A stretch of DNA of 64,000 nucleotides from Rhodanobacteraceae bacterium (GTDB lineage Bacteria > Pseudomonadota > Gammaproteobacteria > Xanthomonadales > Rhodanobacteraceae): NCBI GenBank assembly GCA_016790075.1, contig JAEUPP010000061.1:8225-72224 (forward strand), in the 5' to 3' direction. Position numbers and translations under genes: made by a program. Every line of letters begins with the position of its first letter. Positions within the stretch are counted from its first letter, which is position 1. Shown in pieces: positions 41,157-51,300 of the stretch. Under the pieces are notes generated by a model that ran no database searches, was not told the origin of the DNA, and saw only the letters and a program-made list of their open reading frames with translations.

Positions 41157-43940
41157 CTAGAACTTGAAGCGCGCCGTAAGGTAGTACTGGCGCCCATTGG
41201 AGTAGATCGAGCGCGGCTGATCCTCGTTGAGCGCAAAGTACTTGAGCTTGGGCTCGTTGAGATTCAGACCATCCAGTGACAGCGTGAAGTTGTCGCTGAA
41301 GGTGTAGGACAGGGACGCGGAAAGGTAGCCAGCGCCGGCCTGCGAGAATGCCGTGGCGCGATCAAGACCGCTGTAGAAGCTCGAACGATAGGTATACGAA
41401 ACACGCGCGTTGAAGCTGTCGTTCTCGAAATAGCCGCCGATGGTGTAGGCATTCTTCGAGGTACCCACGAGCGGGCGGTTGCCGACTTCCTTGCCATCGG
41501 TATAGGTGTAGTTCGCCGAGATGCCAAAGTGATCGGTCAACGGCTGCTCATACGCAAGCTCCACCCCTTTAACCTTGCCGCGGCTGTTGACCGGCACCGT
41601 CAGCACATAGGGCACATTCACGCCTTGGGGATTGTTCTGGTCGAACGTGAGGTAGGTTTCGGTGATCCGGCCCAGGCCTATGTAGCTCTTCAGGTCCATG
41701 TAGAACACGCCGGCGGAGAGCAGCGCATTCGGAGCGAAATACCACTCCAGCGAGGCGTCGAAATTGGTCGAACGCACCGGCTTCAGGTTGGGATTGCTGC
41801 CGCTGCCCGAGCCGACGCCACCGGCTACGGCGGGTGGCGACAGGGAGATCGGCGCCGCCAGAGCCGAGTAGTCTGGCCGCGTCATAGTCTTGGACGCGGC
41901 GAAGCGCGCAATCAGATCGTCGGCCACCTCGAACTTGAAGTTGGCGCTGGGCAGCCAGTCCTTGTAGGTGTTGTCGAACGCCCGCGGCACGTACGGACCG
42001 AACGCGGAGGACGTGATTGCTCCCGGCGTCTGCGCGGTCGCATTGACGTTGGCCACCACGTGTTCCTGAGTACGCACATAGCGCAGGCCAAAGTTCGCGC
42101 TCCAGCGGTCACCGGCGAGGTCGCCCTGAATGTAGGCCGCGTCATTGCGCTCCGACAGCGCGTAGTTTGATGTCCAGTTGCTGCGCCCCACCGGGTTGCG
42201 GTTGGTGAAGCGGGCGTTGTAGGCGGCGAGCTGCTCTGGCGTGTAGTACCAGACATTGCGCGGGAACACGCCCCCGAGTTCGCTGCCGAAGTCCCCGGGG
42301 TAGCGCGCGAACCCGGTCGGGTAGTTCGCCGGATTGAACGGCGAGGTCGCCGGATCCGGACAGTTGAACGTGGCCGGATCCCAGTTGAATGCGGCACCGT
42401 CAGAGCAGCGCGGCCCCTGGCCGATCACGCCATCAGACTTGCGGTCGTGATCGCTGCGCCGCACGCCAAAACGTAGCAGCGTGAAGGCGCCGTCATTGAA
42501 TGAATACTCGCCGTCGAGCTGCAGCCACTGCTCGTCGTCGCGCACGTTGATGTTCTGGTCGCCGAAGATCCAGCCCAGCGTATTCGCCGCCGGGCTCGCG
42601 GTGTTTTCGTTGCCCAGCGACCAGCTCGCCGCACGATCAATGCCGTTGATGCGGTACGAGCCGCCGGTGCCGATGCCGGTGTTCCACTCGGCAACGTTCT
42701 GGGTCGGCGTCTTGCCGTGACCGCGCGTCGTACCGACCTTCGACGTAAAGATCAGCGCGTCGGTCGCACGGAACGTCGCGTCGAAGTTGAAGAACATCGA
42801 GTCGGAGCTGGAATCCGGGCGCGAGATCTGGTCGTAGACGCCGTAGGTCGTACCGGCAACGGGACTGAAGTTCGCACTGACCAGAGTGTTGTTGCGCACC
42901 ACGTAGCCCGCGTCCGGCGCCTGGCCGGCACCGCGATTGAGCACGTGAGTGAGCCAGAACATGTAGTTGCGGTTGTAGTTGCTCGCGTCCATCTTCGAGG
43001 TGAACGCGCTGAAATTCAGATCCAGCCGGTCACTCGCACGAATTTCCAGATCAACCAAGCCGCCGCGGCGCTCGCGCTCCTGCTCGAACAACGCCGAACC
43101 GATCAATGTCGGATACCACACGTTCGCAAGACCAGGGTTGGCCGTGGCTACGGCGCTGTCGGGAGCAATCTGCTCGTAGCCGAGAAGCTCCTGGCCGTCG
43201 CGGCGCAGATGACGCTTTTCAGAGAAGGCCTGCACCATGAGACCCATGGTGCCGCCGCTGTTCTTCCAGTTCAGCAGCGCACTGAGCTGCGGCGAGTTCT
43301 TGTCCGGCAGCTCGGCATGCACACCACCGACGGCACCTTCCAGCGTCAGCGGCTCGGCAAAATCCAGCGGACTGCGTGTCTGGATATTGACGTAGCCGGC
43401 AACACCACCTTCGACATCGGAAGCCTGGGCCGTCTTGTGCACGACGACACTACCGACGAGCTGTGAAGGCAGCAGCGAATAGCTGACGCTGCGTCCTACC
43501 GAACCGGTCTGGTTGAGGACGAACCAGTCGCCCGAGGAAACCGGATGGCCATTGATCAGCGTCTGGGTCAGGCTCGGATTGGTTCCGCGCATGCTGACAC
43601 GATCGTTTTCGTCAAAACCGCCTTCGTTGGCGCTGGCTGAGCTGATAGTCACACCGACGACACGCTGCAGCGAATCGGCGACGTTCTTGTCCGGCATCTT
43701 GCCGATGTCCACCGCCGTAATCACGTCCACGTGCGACTCGGCATCGCGCTTGGTGTCCAGCGATTTCTGCAGACTCTGGCGTATGCCCTTGACGACAACT
43801 TCCTCGAGCTCCTGCGTGTCGCCGCTGTCAGCTGCGGCCGCATCGGCAGCGGTCTCGGCGGTAGTCTCAGCGTGCGCAATGCCGTAGAAACCCAGTGCGG
43901 TGACTATGCTCAGGGCGAGCAGATTTCTGCGAATGATCAT
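41157..43940 (-). CDS. TonB-dependent receptor (oligosaccharide type)
   Basis: TonB box EEVVVKGIRQSL, DIGKMPDKNVADSLQRVVGV, C-terminal GRQYYLTARFKF. Confidence 0.95.
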   Translation of the reverse strand: MIIRRNLLALSIVTALGFYGIAHAETTAETAADAAAADSGDTQELEEVVVKGIRQSLQKSLDTKRDAESHVDVITAVDIGKMPDKNVADSLQRVVGVTISSASANEGGFDENDRVSMRGTNPSLTQTLINGHPVSSGDWFVLNQTGSVGRSVSYSLLPSQLVGSVVVHKTAQASDVEGGVAGYVNIQTRSPLDFAEPLTLEGAVGGVHAELPDKNSPQLSALLNWKNSGGTMGLMVQAFSEKRHLRRDGQELLGYEQIAPDSAVATANPGLANVWYPTLIGSALFEQERERRGGLVDLEIRASDRLDLNFSAFTSKMDASNYNRNYMFWLTHVLNRGAGQAPDAGYVVRNNTLVSANFSPVAGTTYGVYDQISRPDSSSDSMFFNFDATFRATDALIFTSKVGTTRGHGKTPTQNVAEWNTGIGTGGSYRINGIDRAASWSLGNENTASPAANTLGWIFGDQNINVRDDEQWLQLDGEYSFNDGAFTLLRFGVRRSDHDRKSDGVIGQGPRCSDGAAFNWDPATFNCPDPATSPFNPANYPTGFARYPGDFGSELGGVFPRNVWYYTPEQLAAYNARFTNRNPVGRSNWTSNYALSERNDAAYIQGDLAGDRWSANFGLRYVRTQEHVVANVNATAQTPGAITSSAFGPYVPRAFDNTYKDWLPSANFKFEVADDLIARFAASKTMTRPDYSALAAPISLSPPAVAGGVGSGSGSNPNLKPVRSTNFDASLEWYFAPNALLSAGVFYMDLKSYIGLGRITETYLTFDQNNPQGVNVPYVLTVPVNSRGKVKGVELAYEQPLTDHFGISANYTYTDGKEVGNRPLVGTSKNAYTIGGYFENDSFNARVSYTYRSSFYSGLDRATAFSQAGAGYLSASLSYTFSDNFTLSLDGLNLNEPKLKYFALNEDQPRSIYSNGRQYYLTARFKF

Positions 43941-44103
43941 GAGATGTTCCCCTTCCCTACGATTTGTTGTTTGCCGCCTGGTGCCGGCTGCGCGCGCAAC
44001 CTCGCCTTACGGGCCTCGGTATCTGGGTCTTGCTGCAACGCGTCCTGTCACATGAACTTCCATAAGGTGACGCCTCGCGCGAGGCGTCGAAACAATGAGG
44101 TGT

Positions 44104-45132
44104 TCAGCCGCTCTCCGCACGCGCGTCAAGCAGCCAGCAAGCAGCCCCGATCACGCCGAGCTGGCCATGATCGATTAGGCTTACTGGAATCCGTTCGAGC
44201 ATGGGCCGCACCACGCCCTTGGCCAGAAAACGGGCGCTGAAATTCGAATGCAGCAGGAATTGCCGTATATGCGGCAGGATGCCCCCAGCCAGATGCACGC
44301 CGCCGCGGGCGCCGCAGCTCAGCGCGAGGTCGCCGACCACGCTGCCCAGCCACGCGCAGAACAGATGCAAGGTTTCGATAGCCAGCGCATCGTGCGCACT
44401 CAACGCGGCCTCGGTAATCGCCGCCGGCGCGCGCAGTGTCGGCTGCACACGGCGTATGCTGCACAACGCGTTGTAGAGCTGGACCAGGCCGGGGCCAGAC
44501 AGAGTGCTTTCATTGCTGACATGACCCGACTGGCGCATCAGCAGGCGCAGGATTTCCACCTCAAGCTCGTTGCCAGGCGCCAGCGCAGCCTGCCCAGCTT
44601 CCGTAGCAAGCACGATGGGCCTATGCCGCCCCGGGATACGTACCGCCGCGCCCAGACCGGTGCCCGGACCAACAATCAGGGTAGGCCCGGCCGCAGCAGC
44701 TTCCGGATCGCCCGGCAGCAGCACGCATTCACTGGCCCGCAGGCAATGCGTGGCGCAGGCGACCGCCTCGAAATCGTTGACCAAGTTCACATCGTCGACG
44801 CCGATCTCGTGGCGGATCTCGGCCAATGACACCGGCCAGGGCAGATTCGCATTGACCAGCACATCACCAACCGCAACACCGGCGCAAGCGATTGCGACCC
44901 GGTTTACTGGCACGTCGCCAATAGTCCGCAGGAACTGATTCAGCAGTACGCCGAGATTCTGAAAATCGGCGCAGACATATTTGTCATAACGCTCGACGGC
45001 GACTGCCGTTGAGCCGGCGGCGAGCTGACGCACGAGTCCGACGCGCGCATGCGTGCCCCCCACATCGGCGGCAACGAACGGCATGGCCTGCGCGCTCACG
45101 ACTTCGGCAATCCGCTGACTCGCTGCTGCCAC
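44104..45132 (-). CDS. Glucokinase-family sugar kinase (likely GlcNAc kinase)
   Basis: ADVGGTHAR, LVNDFEA, GPGTGLG, LSGPGL, GGVHLAGGI; GTG start after GGAGAG. Confidence 0.9.
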   Translation of the reverse strand: MAAASQRIAEVVSAQAMPFVAADVGGTHARVGLVRQLAAGSTAVAVERYDKYVCADFQNLGVLLNQFLRTIGDVPVNRVAIACAGVAVGDVLVNANLPWPVSLAEIRHEIGVDDVNLVNDFEAVACATHCLRASECVLLPGDPEAAAAGPTLIVGPGTGLGAAVRIPGRHRPIVLATEAGQAALAPGNELEVEILRLLMRQSGHVSNESTLSGPGLVQLYNALCSIRRVQPTLRAPAAITEAALSAHDALAIETLHLFCAWLGSVVGDLALSCGARGGVHLAGGILPHIRQFLLHSNFSARFLAKGVVRPMLERIPVSLIDHGQLGVIGAACWLLDARAESG

Positions 45133-45284
45133 GCTGTGCTCTCCGAGGAAGGCCTGAACCAGGACCGTTAGCAAGGCCCCAGCGCCCCACTACCGCTCTC
45201 CGCAACCCATCGGCGCCGCCGTAGCGACACCGTGCAAAGAAACCGCCATGCCGGCGTAACGGGGGCCGAGTCTGGAACCTGTGT

Positions 45285-45298
45285 GACAACGTTGTCAA
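45285..45298. promoter_or_regulatory. LacI-type operator TGACAACGTTGTCA
   Basis: Perfect 14-bp palindrome between divergent sugar genes; weaker copy TGACAACGTTACTA at 45516-45529. Confidence 0.75.
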
Positions 45299-45619
45299 TA
45301 GGTCGGAAGAAATCACTTGTCCGGACCGCATCAGCGCCGGCATCCGGCTGGCACCGTGGCCCTTAATTGGTCTACTGATCGCTACATAACAATATGTTTT
45401 TCATTGGTATTTATTAAGCATCTGAGTTGCCGCAGCGCCGCACTGACAGCACACAGAGGGCATTGCAGCGCAGCATTTTCGGGAGATGCATTTGCACACA
45501 GCACGAGGCAAGATATGACAACGTTACTAGTCCCGCGTCTCGCCCGCTCCGGGCGGCGCGGTTTCGCAGCCGGCACGGCCGGCATCGCGCAGCGCATCAG
45601 GCAGACGGGGAACCAAGGC

Positions 45620-46930
45620 ATGTCCAGCACGACCTATACAGGAAGTCCGGCGCAATACCGCAGCTCTATCGCCATCATCGGCACTCTGTTTTTTATTTTT
45701 GGCTTTGTAACCTGGATCAACGGTCCGCTGATCGGCTTCGTCAAGCTCGCGTTCGATCTCGATACCGACGCCAAGGCGTTTCTCGTCACCTTCGCGTTTT
45801 ACATGGCTTACTTCTTCCTTGCCCTGCCGTCATCGCTGATTCTCGAGCGCACCGGAATGAAGAAAGGCATGGCGCTAGGGCTCGGCGTCATGGCTGTAGG
45901 CACTGTATTATTTGGAACTTATGCAACAATGCGCAATTATTCGGCCTGTCTCGCCGGCTTGTTCGTGATCGGCTCCGGCCTGTCGCTGCTGCAGACTGCA
46001 TCGAACCCCTACATCAGCATACTTGGCCCCATTGAAAGCGCTGCCGCGCGCATCAGCATCATGGGCATCTGCAACAAGGTCGCCGGCATTCTTAGCCCCA
46101 TCGTCATGGGCGTACTGGTGATGAAGGACGTAGGCCATTTCGAGGCCCAGGTCGCCGCCGCAGCCACACCCGAGATTCGCCAGGCGCTGCTCGGCGAATT
46201 CGCCGCAAAAATCTATTGGCCGTATATGGTCATGGCTGCCGTTCTGGCCGCGCTCGCGGTCTGGATCGTGCGCTCACCCCTGCCCGAACTGGAAGCTGCC
46301 AAAGCAAATGCGAGCGACAGCGGCGCCGGTGAGCCACGCCGCAGCGTGCTGCAATTCCCGCATCTTCTACTCGGCGTGCTCTGCATCTTCTTTTACGTTG
46401 GCGTCGAAGTGCTGGCCGCGGACGCCATCGGCACCTATGGCAAGAGCTTCGGCATTCCCAGCGAAGAGACCACCTACTTCACCGCGTTCACCCTTGCGGC
46501 GATGCTGCTGGGCTATCTGATTGGCCTCGCGACGATTCCGAAATACCTGTCGCAGCAGCGCGGCCTCGCGATCTCGGCCGTGCTAGGTGTGATCTTCAGC
46601 CTGGCCGCCTATCTGACCAAGGGCTATGTATCGGTTGGCTTCGTTGCCGCGCTGGGCCTGGCGAATGCCCTGATGTGGCCCGCGATCTTCCCGCTGGCTA
46701 TCGCCGGCCTTGGCCGATTCACGGAAAAAGGCTCGGCCCTGCTGATCATGGGCATTGCCGGCGGCGCCATCCTGCCGCGTTTCTACGCGATCTACAAAGA
46801 CGTCTACGACTTCCAGCTCGTCTTCCTTGCGATCGCAGCACCGTGCTACTTGTATATTCTCTTTTATTCGCTGAAGGGCTACTCGGTAGGTCGCAGCACC
46901 GCACCAGCGCTGGTCGCGGCGCGCAGCTGA
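45620..46930 (+). CDS. MFS sugar:H+ symporter, FucP/GluP family (NagP-like)
   Basis: FFIFGFVTWING, LLQTASNPY, YVGVEV, GLANALMWPAIFPL, IAGGAILP. Confidence 0.92.
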   Translation: MSSTTYTGSPAQYRSSIAIIGTLFFIFGFVTWINGPLIGFVKLAFDLDTDAKAFLVTFAFYMAYFFLALPSSLILERTGMKKGMALGLGVMAVGTVLFGTYATMRNYSACLAGLFVIGSGLSLLQTASNPYISILGPIESAAARISIMGICNKVAGILSPIVMGVLVMKDVGHFEAQVAAAATPEIRQALLGEFAAKIYWPYMVMAAVLAALAVWIVRSPLPELEAAKANASDSGAGEPRRSVLQFPHLLLGVLCIFFYVGVEVLAADAIGTYGKSFGIPSEETTYFTAFTLAAMLLGYLIGLATIPKYLSQQRGLAISAVLGVIFSLAAYLTKGYVSVGFVAALGLANALMWPAIFPLAIAGLGRFTEKGSALLIMGIAGGAILPRFYAIYKDVYDFQLVFLAIAAPCYLYILFYSLKGYSVGRSTAPALVAARS

Positions 46931-47133
46931 CATCCTCACACGAGCCGGGCGGGCTCCCGGGCCTGCCCGTTGCGGGGCCCACACTCAGACGCCGCGGAAC
47001 GCGGCGCCGTACTGGCGCCGCCTCGCATCCTGAAGCGTTTGTGGTCACAATCGCACCCTATCCCGATCAGGCCGGTAAGCCCCGAACCGGCTGTCTGGCA
47101 TAAGACCCACGCCTTACCCTGCAAGGCCCGCCG

Positions 47134-48180
47134 ATGCGCAGTCCGACGATCAAAGACGTCGCCGAACGTTCCCAGGTTTCCCTAAAAACCGTCTCTCGCG
47201 TCATCAACAACGAAGCGACCGTACGCGAAGGCACGCGCAACAAGGTGCTGCGCGTCATCGCCGAGCTGGGCTATCAGCCCGACCTGTCCGCACGCAGCCT
47301 GCGCAGTGCACGCTCCTATGCACTCGGCCTGGTCTACGACAACCCCAACCCCTACTACGTCATTGCAGTGCAGAGCGGCGTACTCTCGGTCTGCCGTGAG
47401 TCCGGCTATGGCCTGCAGATCCATCCCTGCGATTCCAGCGCGCCCAACCTCGCCGATGATCTGGTCCATCTGGTACGTCACGCGCGACTGGCCGGTCTGG
47501 TGCTCGCGCCACCCATGTCGGAACGGCTGGAACTGATCCAGCACCTGAAGTCGCATGCCATTCACGTCGTGCGCATCATTTCAGCGGCGGCGGATCCGGA
47601 AGACGGCTTTCCCTGCGTCTATGTCGATGATCGCGACGCGGCCTATGACATCACCAAGCACCTGATCCAGCTCGGCCACCAGCGCATAGGCTTTCTCTGG
47701 GGCGGCGAGGCGCACCGCTCCAGCCCCGAGCGTTATCGCGGCTATGAAAGCGCCCTCAAGGACTATGGCATTGCACTCGACAAGAAACTGATCCTGCACG
47801 GCGACTACAGCTTCGACGACGGGTTTCGCGGCGCGCGCAAGCTGCTCGCGCTCAAGGACAGACCGACTGCGATCTTCGGCTCCAACGACGAGATCGCCGC
47901 TGGCGTGCTTGCCGCAGCCAAATCCTCGGGCCTGGAAGTGCCCTACGACCTGTCCATCGCCGGCTTCGAGGACAGCCCGTTCTCCAAGCAGTCCTGGCCG
48001 GCGCTGACGACAGCCAAGCAACAGACCGAGGAAATCGCGCGACACGCGACACGGCTTTTGATCTCCGAACTAGATCGCGAAGAGAACGATGTGGAAAAAC
48101 TCGTCGTCGTCGGCAACAAGGGCTTCAGCCCTCAGCTGGTGATCCGCGGTTCGACCGGACCGGCGCGCAGCGGCAGCTGA
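47134..48180 (+). CDS. LacI-family transcriptional regulator (NagR-like)
   Basis: PTIKDVAERSQVSLKTVSRVIN, LGYQPDLSARSL, PTAIFGSND, DLSIAGFED. Confidence 0.95.
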   Translation: MRSPTIKDVAERSQVSLKTVSRVINNEATVREGTRNKVLRVIAELGYQPDLSARSLRSARSYALGLVYDNPNPYYVIAVQSGVLSVCRESGYGLQIHPCDSSAPNLADDLVHLVRHARLAGLVLAPPMSERLELIQHLKSHAIHVVRIISAAADPEDGFPCVYVDDRDAAYDITKHLIQLGHQRIGFLWGGEAHRSSPERYRGYESALKDYGIALDKKLILHGDYSFDDGFRGARKLLALKDRPTAIFGSNDEIAAGVLAAAKSSGLEVPYDLSIAGFEDSPFSKQSWPALTTAKQQTEEIARHATRLLISELDREENDVEKLVVVGNKGFSPQLVIRGSTGPARSGS

Positions 48181-48317
48181 AGTCCCGTCGGTAGCGTCTA
48201 TTGCACCGACGCTAACCAGCCGGCGCGGCGGCGAATATTTGCAAGGTGAGAGAACCGCCTCGCTGCCGCCACCCTTGATTCGCTGAGAACGCAGTTGCCA
48301 GCGATCGGGGGAACGGC

Positions 48318-51300
48318 ATGGCCTCGTATTTCGCCGTGCGCCGTAGTGCCGGCTTCAGGCTGGCGGGTTTGATCGTAGCGGGAATGCTCGCCCTCGTATC
48401 GCAACCCGCTGGCGCTGTTGAACAGGGCGGAAAAACTTCAGCTAATACGGAAGCCTGCGCGCTAGCGCTGCTGCAGGCTGCGGAAACACCGACTTTCACG
48501 GTTCCCCCAGACGCGTGCCAAACACTGGTATCGCGAACTAACTGGCAAAAAAAGCCGATAGCCGGCAGCGCGGAATGCAGCACGGGCAACCTCGCGGGCT
48601 GCCTTGAGGCGGCTTTCGATATCGATTCGCCGCGCGAGATCCTTGGTTTTGTGCGGCAGCATTGTTCAGCACTTGTAGAAAACGCTTGGCAACCGCGTTA
48701 TGGCGGCCCGGAGGCCAGCGAGCCTGCGCTGCAGACCTGCCGGCAAGCTCTCAAGCTGCTGGAGCGGCGCGACATTAAAAGCAAATTCGACGGCCGCGCC
48801 GAGCAACGCCGTAGCCGGCTCGTCGGCGAGTGCCTGCTGCCGCTTGAGAACTGCCGCGACCCCGCGACCTGCCGTGACCTGCCGCTATGCGCCGCGGCGC
48901 TTTACGACCTGCCCTGCTCTGGCGAGGCCTGCACACGCTGGTTTGAACGCGACCGGCTAACCGCCGAACGCCAACGCGAGCTTGGGATTCGAGCGGTTAT
49001 GGAACAAATCGAGGACCGTGACCAGCGTAGAACAGAAGTGAAAAAGACCCTGCGCCAACAGGACATAGTTGCCGAAGACGCACGCGATAACGACCAGAAC
49101 ATTGCCTATAAAGCAAGAGCCAGCAACAGCGAGATTGCCGCCGCAGCACGCGCCAACGATCAGGAGATCGCATACGAGGCAAGAATCAGCGACTCGGTAA
49201 TTGCTCAACACGGCCGCGATACCGCAGACCGGATTGCGCGTGAATCACTCGACATGCAGCGCGAAATCGCACAGGGCAACCACGATGCAGCTGGAAAGTT
49301 TTCCACACAAATGAAAGAAAGCCTTGGCGATCTCGCGAGCGCCATTGAAAAGCTGAGTGGCGAAGAGCCATCCAAGACCGAATCCCCGGTTCGCCAGATC
49401 GACCCCAACCAGCCCATAGAAGACCTGTTCCCCGAGGCTGACTCAATCAGCTACGCAATCGCAACCCTGCCCCACCCCGCCGTGCCACGCCACCGGCGCA
49501 GCTACTACGCGGCGACGGATAGCCTCGACAGCGGCATGCATGCCAACGGCTATAACTTTGTCACGTACTACGACCCCTGGACCGAATATCGCGATGCCAA
49601 GAACGACAGCGCACCGGATAGCTGGCAACTCGGCAACTTTGCCAACGATGCCAGCTATGGCATCCGTATCTATCGGCATGAAGGCTGGCGCTGTACCGAT
49701 TCCGAGGAGCCCTGCGACAAAGCCACACGCCTGCGCGTACTGTTTATTGTCGGCGAGACACAGACCTATGGCGTACAGCGCAAGGCGCTGGATGCGGCGT
49801 TATGGCGCTCAGTCGCAGAAGTGCATCGTGAACACGATAGCAATTCCCCCTTGACCATGCTCCTTGAGCGACATGTCGACAAAGACCGCTTCAATGCATC
49901 CGAACTAATTAGGTCCCTTGCGATCGAGGTGTTTCGCGCGGTTACAGACGCGCCGTGTTATGTCTCACCGCGTCGTGCATACCAGCCGTGCCCAACGGTG
50001 CGAATCAATCGTGAGGTATTGGTCCTGGGGCCAACTTTCTCAGGTTCTGTCGATGGACTTTCCCAAGCAGCCAGCACCATTAACGAGCAACTCCAGAAGC
50101 GCATCCTGATACCGCTGAAACTCGTCGCCGAACTCAAGTCGCTGCGCCACGCGCTGGACGACGAAGAAGCGCGCAAGCGCCGGTATTCGATAGCTACCGA
50201 CAGTACGAGCACCACAGACGGCGATCTGACTACCGCGCTGGCCAAGCTTCGGCGCTGCCTCGATGCGCTGGAGCTCCGCTCTACCGATCGCACGGGAAAG
50301 GCATTGATCGCGAATGCGTGCAAATCAGAGAAAGTGAACAAAGCACACGAGGAGAGCAAAGAGAAGGAAGACCACGCGGAGAACTTCTGTCAAGCGCAGA
50401 TAGAAAACACGAATTGTTCCTCCGACCCCGATAAACAGCCCCAGCCGGTCACCATAGACCGCGTCTTTCAGCTGTACGAGCGCGCCTCACAACTCGCGAA
50501 CAAGCTCGGATACGCCGCCATCCTGACTCCGAAAGTCCAGGTCTCGATTCATGCGATCAGCGCAACAGCCACAGCGACTTCCAATAGCAAGATCAACTCC
50601 ACCAATCCCGAGCGCTTCACGCAACAGACGCTGGCCATCAGCGACGAAAGGAAACTCTGCAGCGTTCTTAAAAACATGCAGAAAGTTTACGGGTCAGTAA
50701 CCCACGTCGCCTTGCTGCACGAACCAACGGCGTTCGGCCGCGATGCCTACTTGACGCTACGTCGGCTCGCCAAAGTGTCAAATGAAAAAGAGGAATCCGC
50801 AGGCGCGCAATGCAAACTGCCGTTCACGATTTCTGAAGACAATGTCATCGGCCTCGATTTCCCACCAAATATCTCGGATTTGCGCCAGAAACTGCGCGAC
50901 AGCGACAAGCAGGCGCGCACAGAACTCGATCTGACTGACCTCACGACCAGCGACTCGCATCTGCCCATCGACGAGGGGGTCGAAAACGGCAACGAGTATC
51001 CGAACGGTGCCGGCTCCAAACTCGCCGCGGTCGCCGCTGACCAGCGGCTGCGCCTGCAGCTGGACAAACTCGCCAGTTTCAAGCCTGACCTCATCATTGT
51101 CGTGGCGAGTGATGTACGCGATCGGCTGTATCTGTTTGACCGCTTGTCGCGCACGGCCTCGGATGCTGCCCTGGTGGATCTCGAAGCCGATCTATTGCTG
51201 GGCCATCCCGACTATCTGCATGCGACGCGCGGCATCCGCATGGTGTCGTCAAGCGCACTGTACTCAAGCGCACCGGACCCAGGTGCGCTGAACAGCCAAC

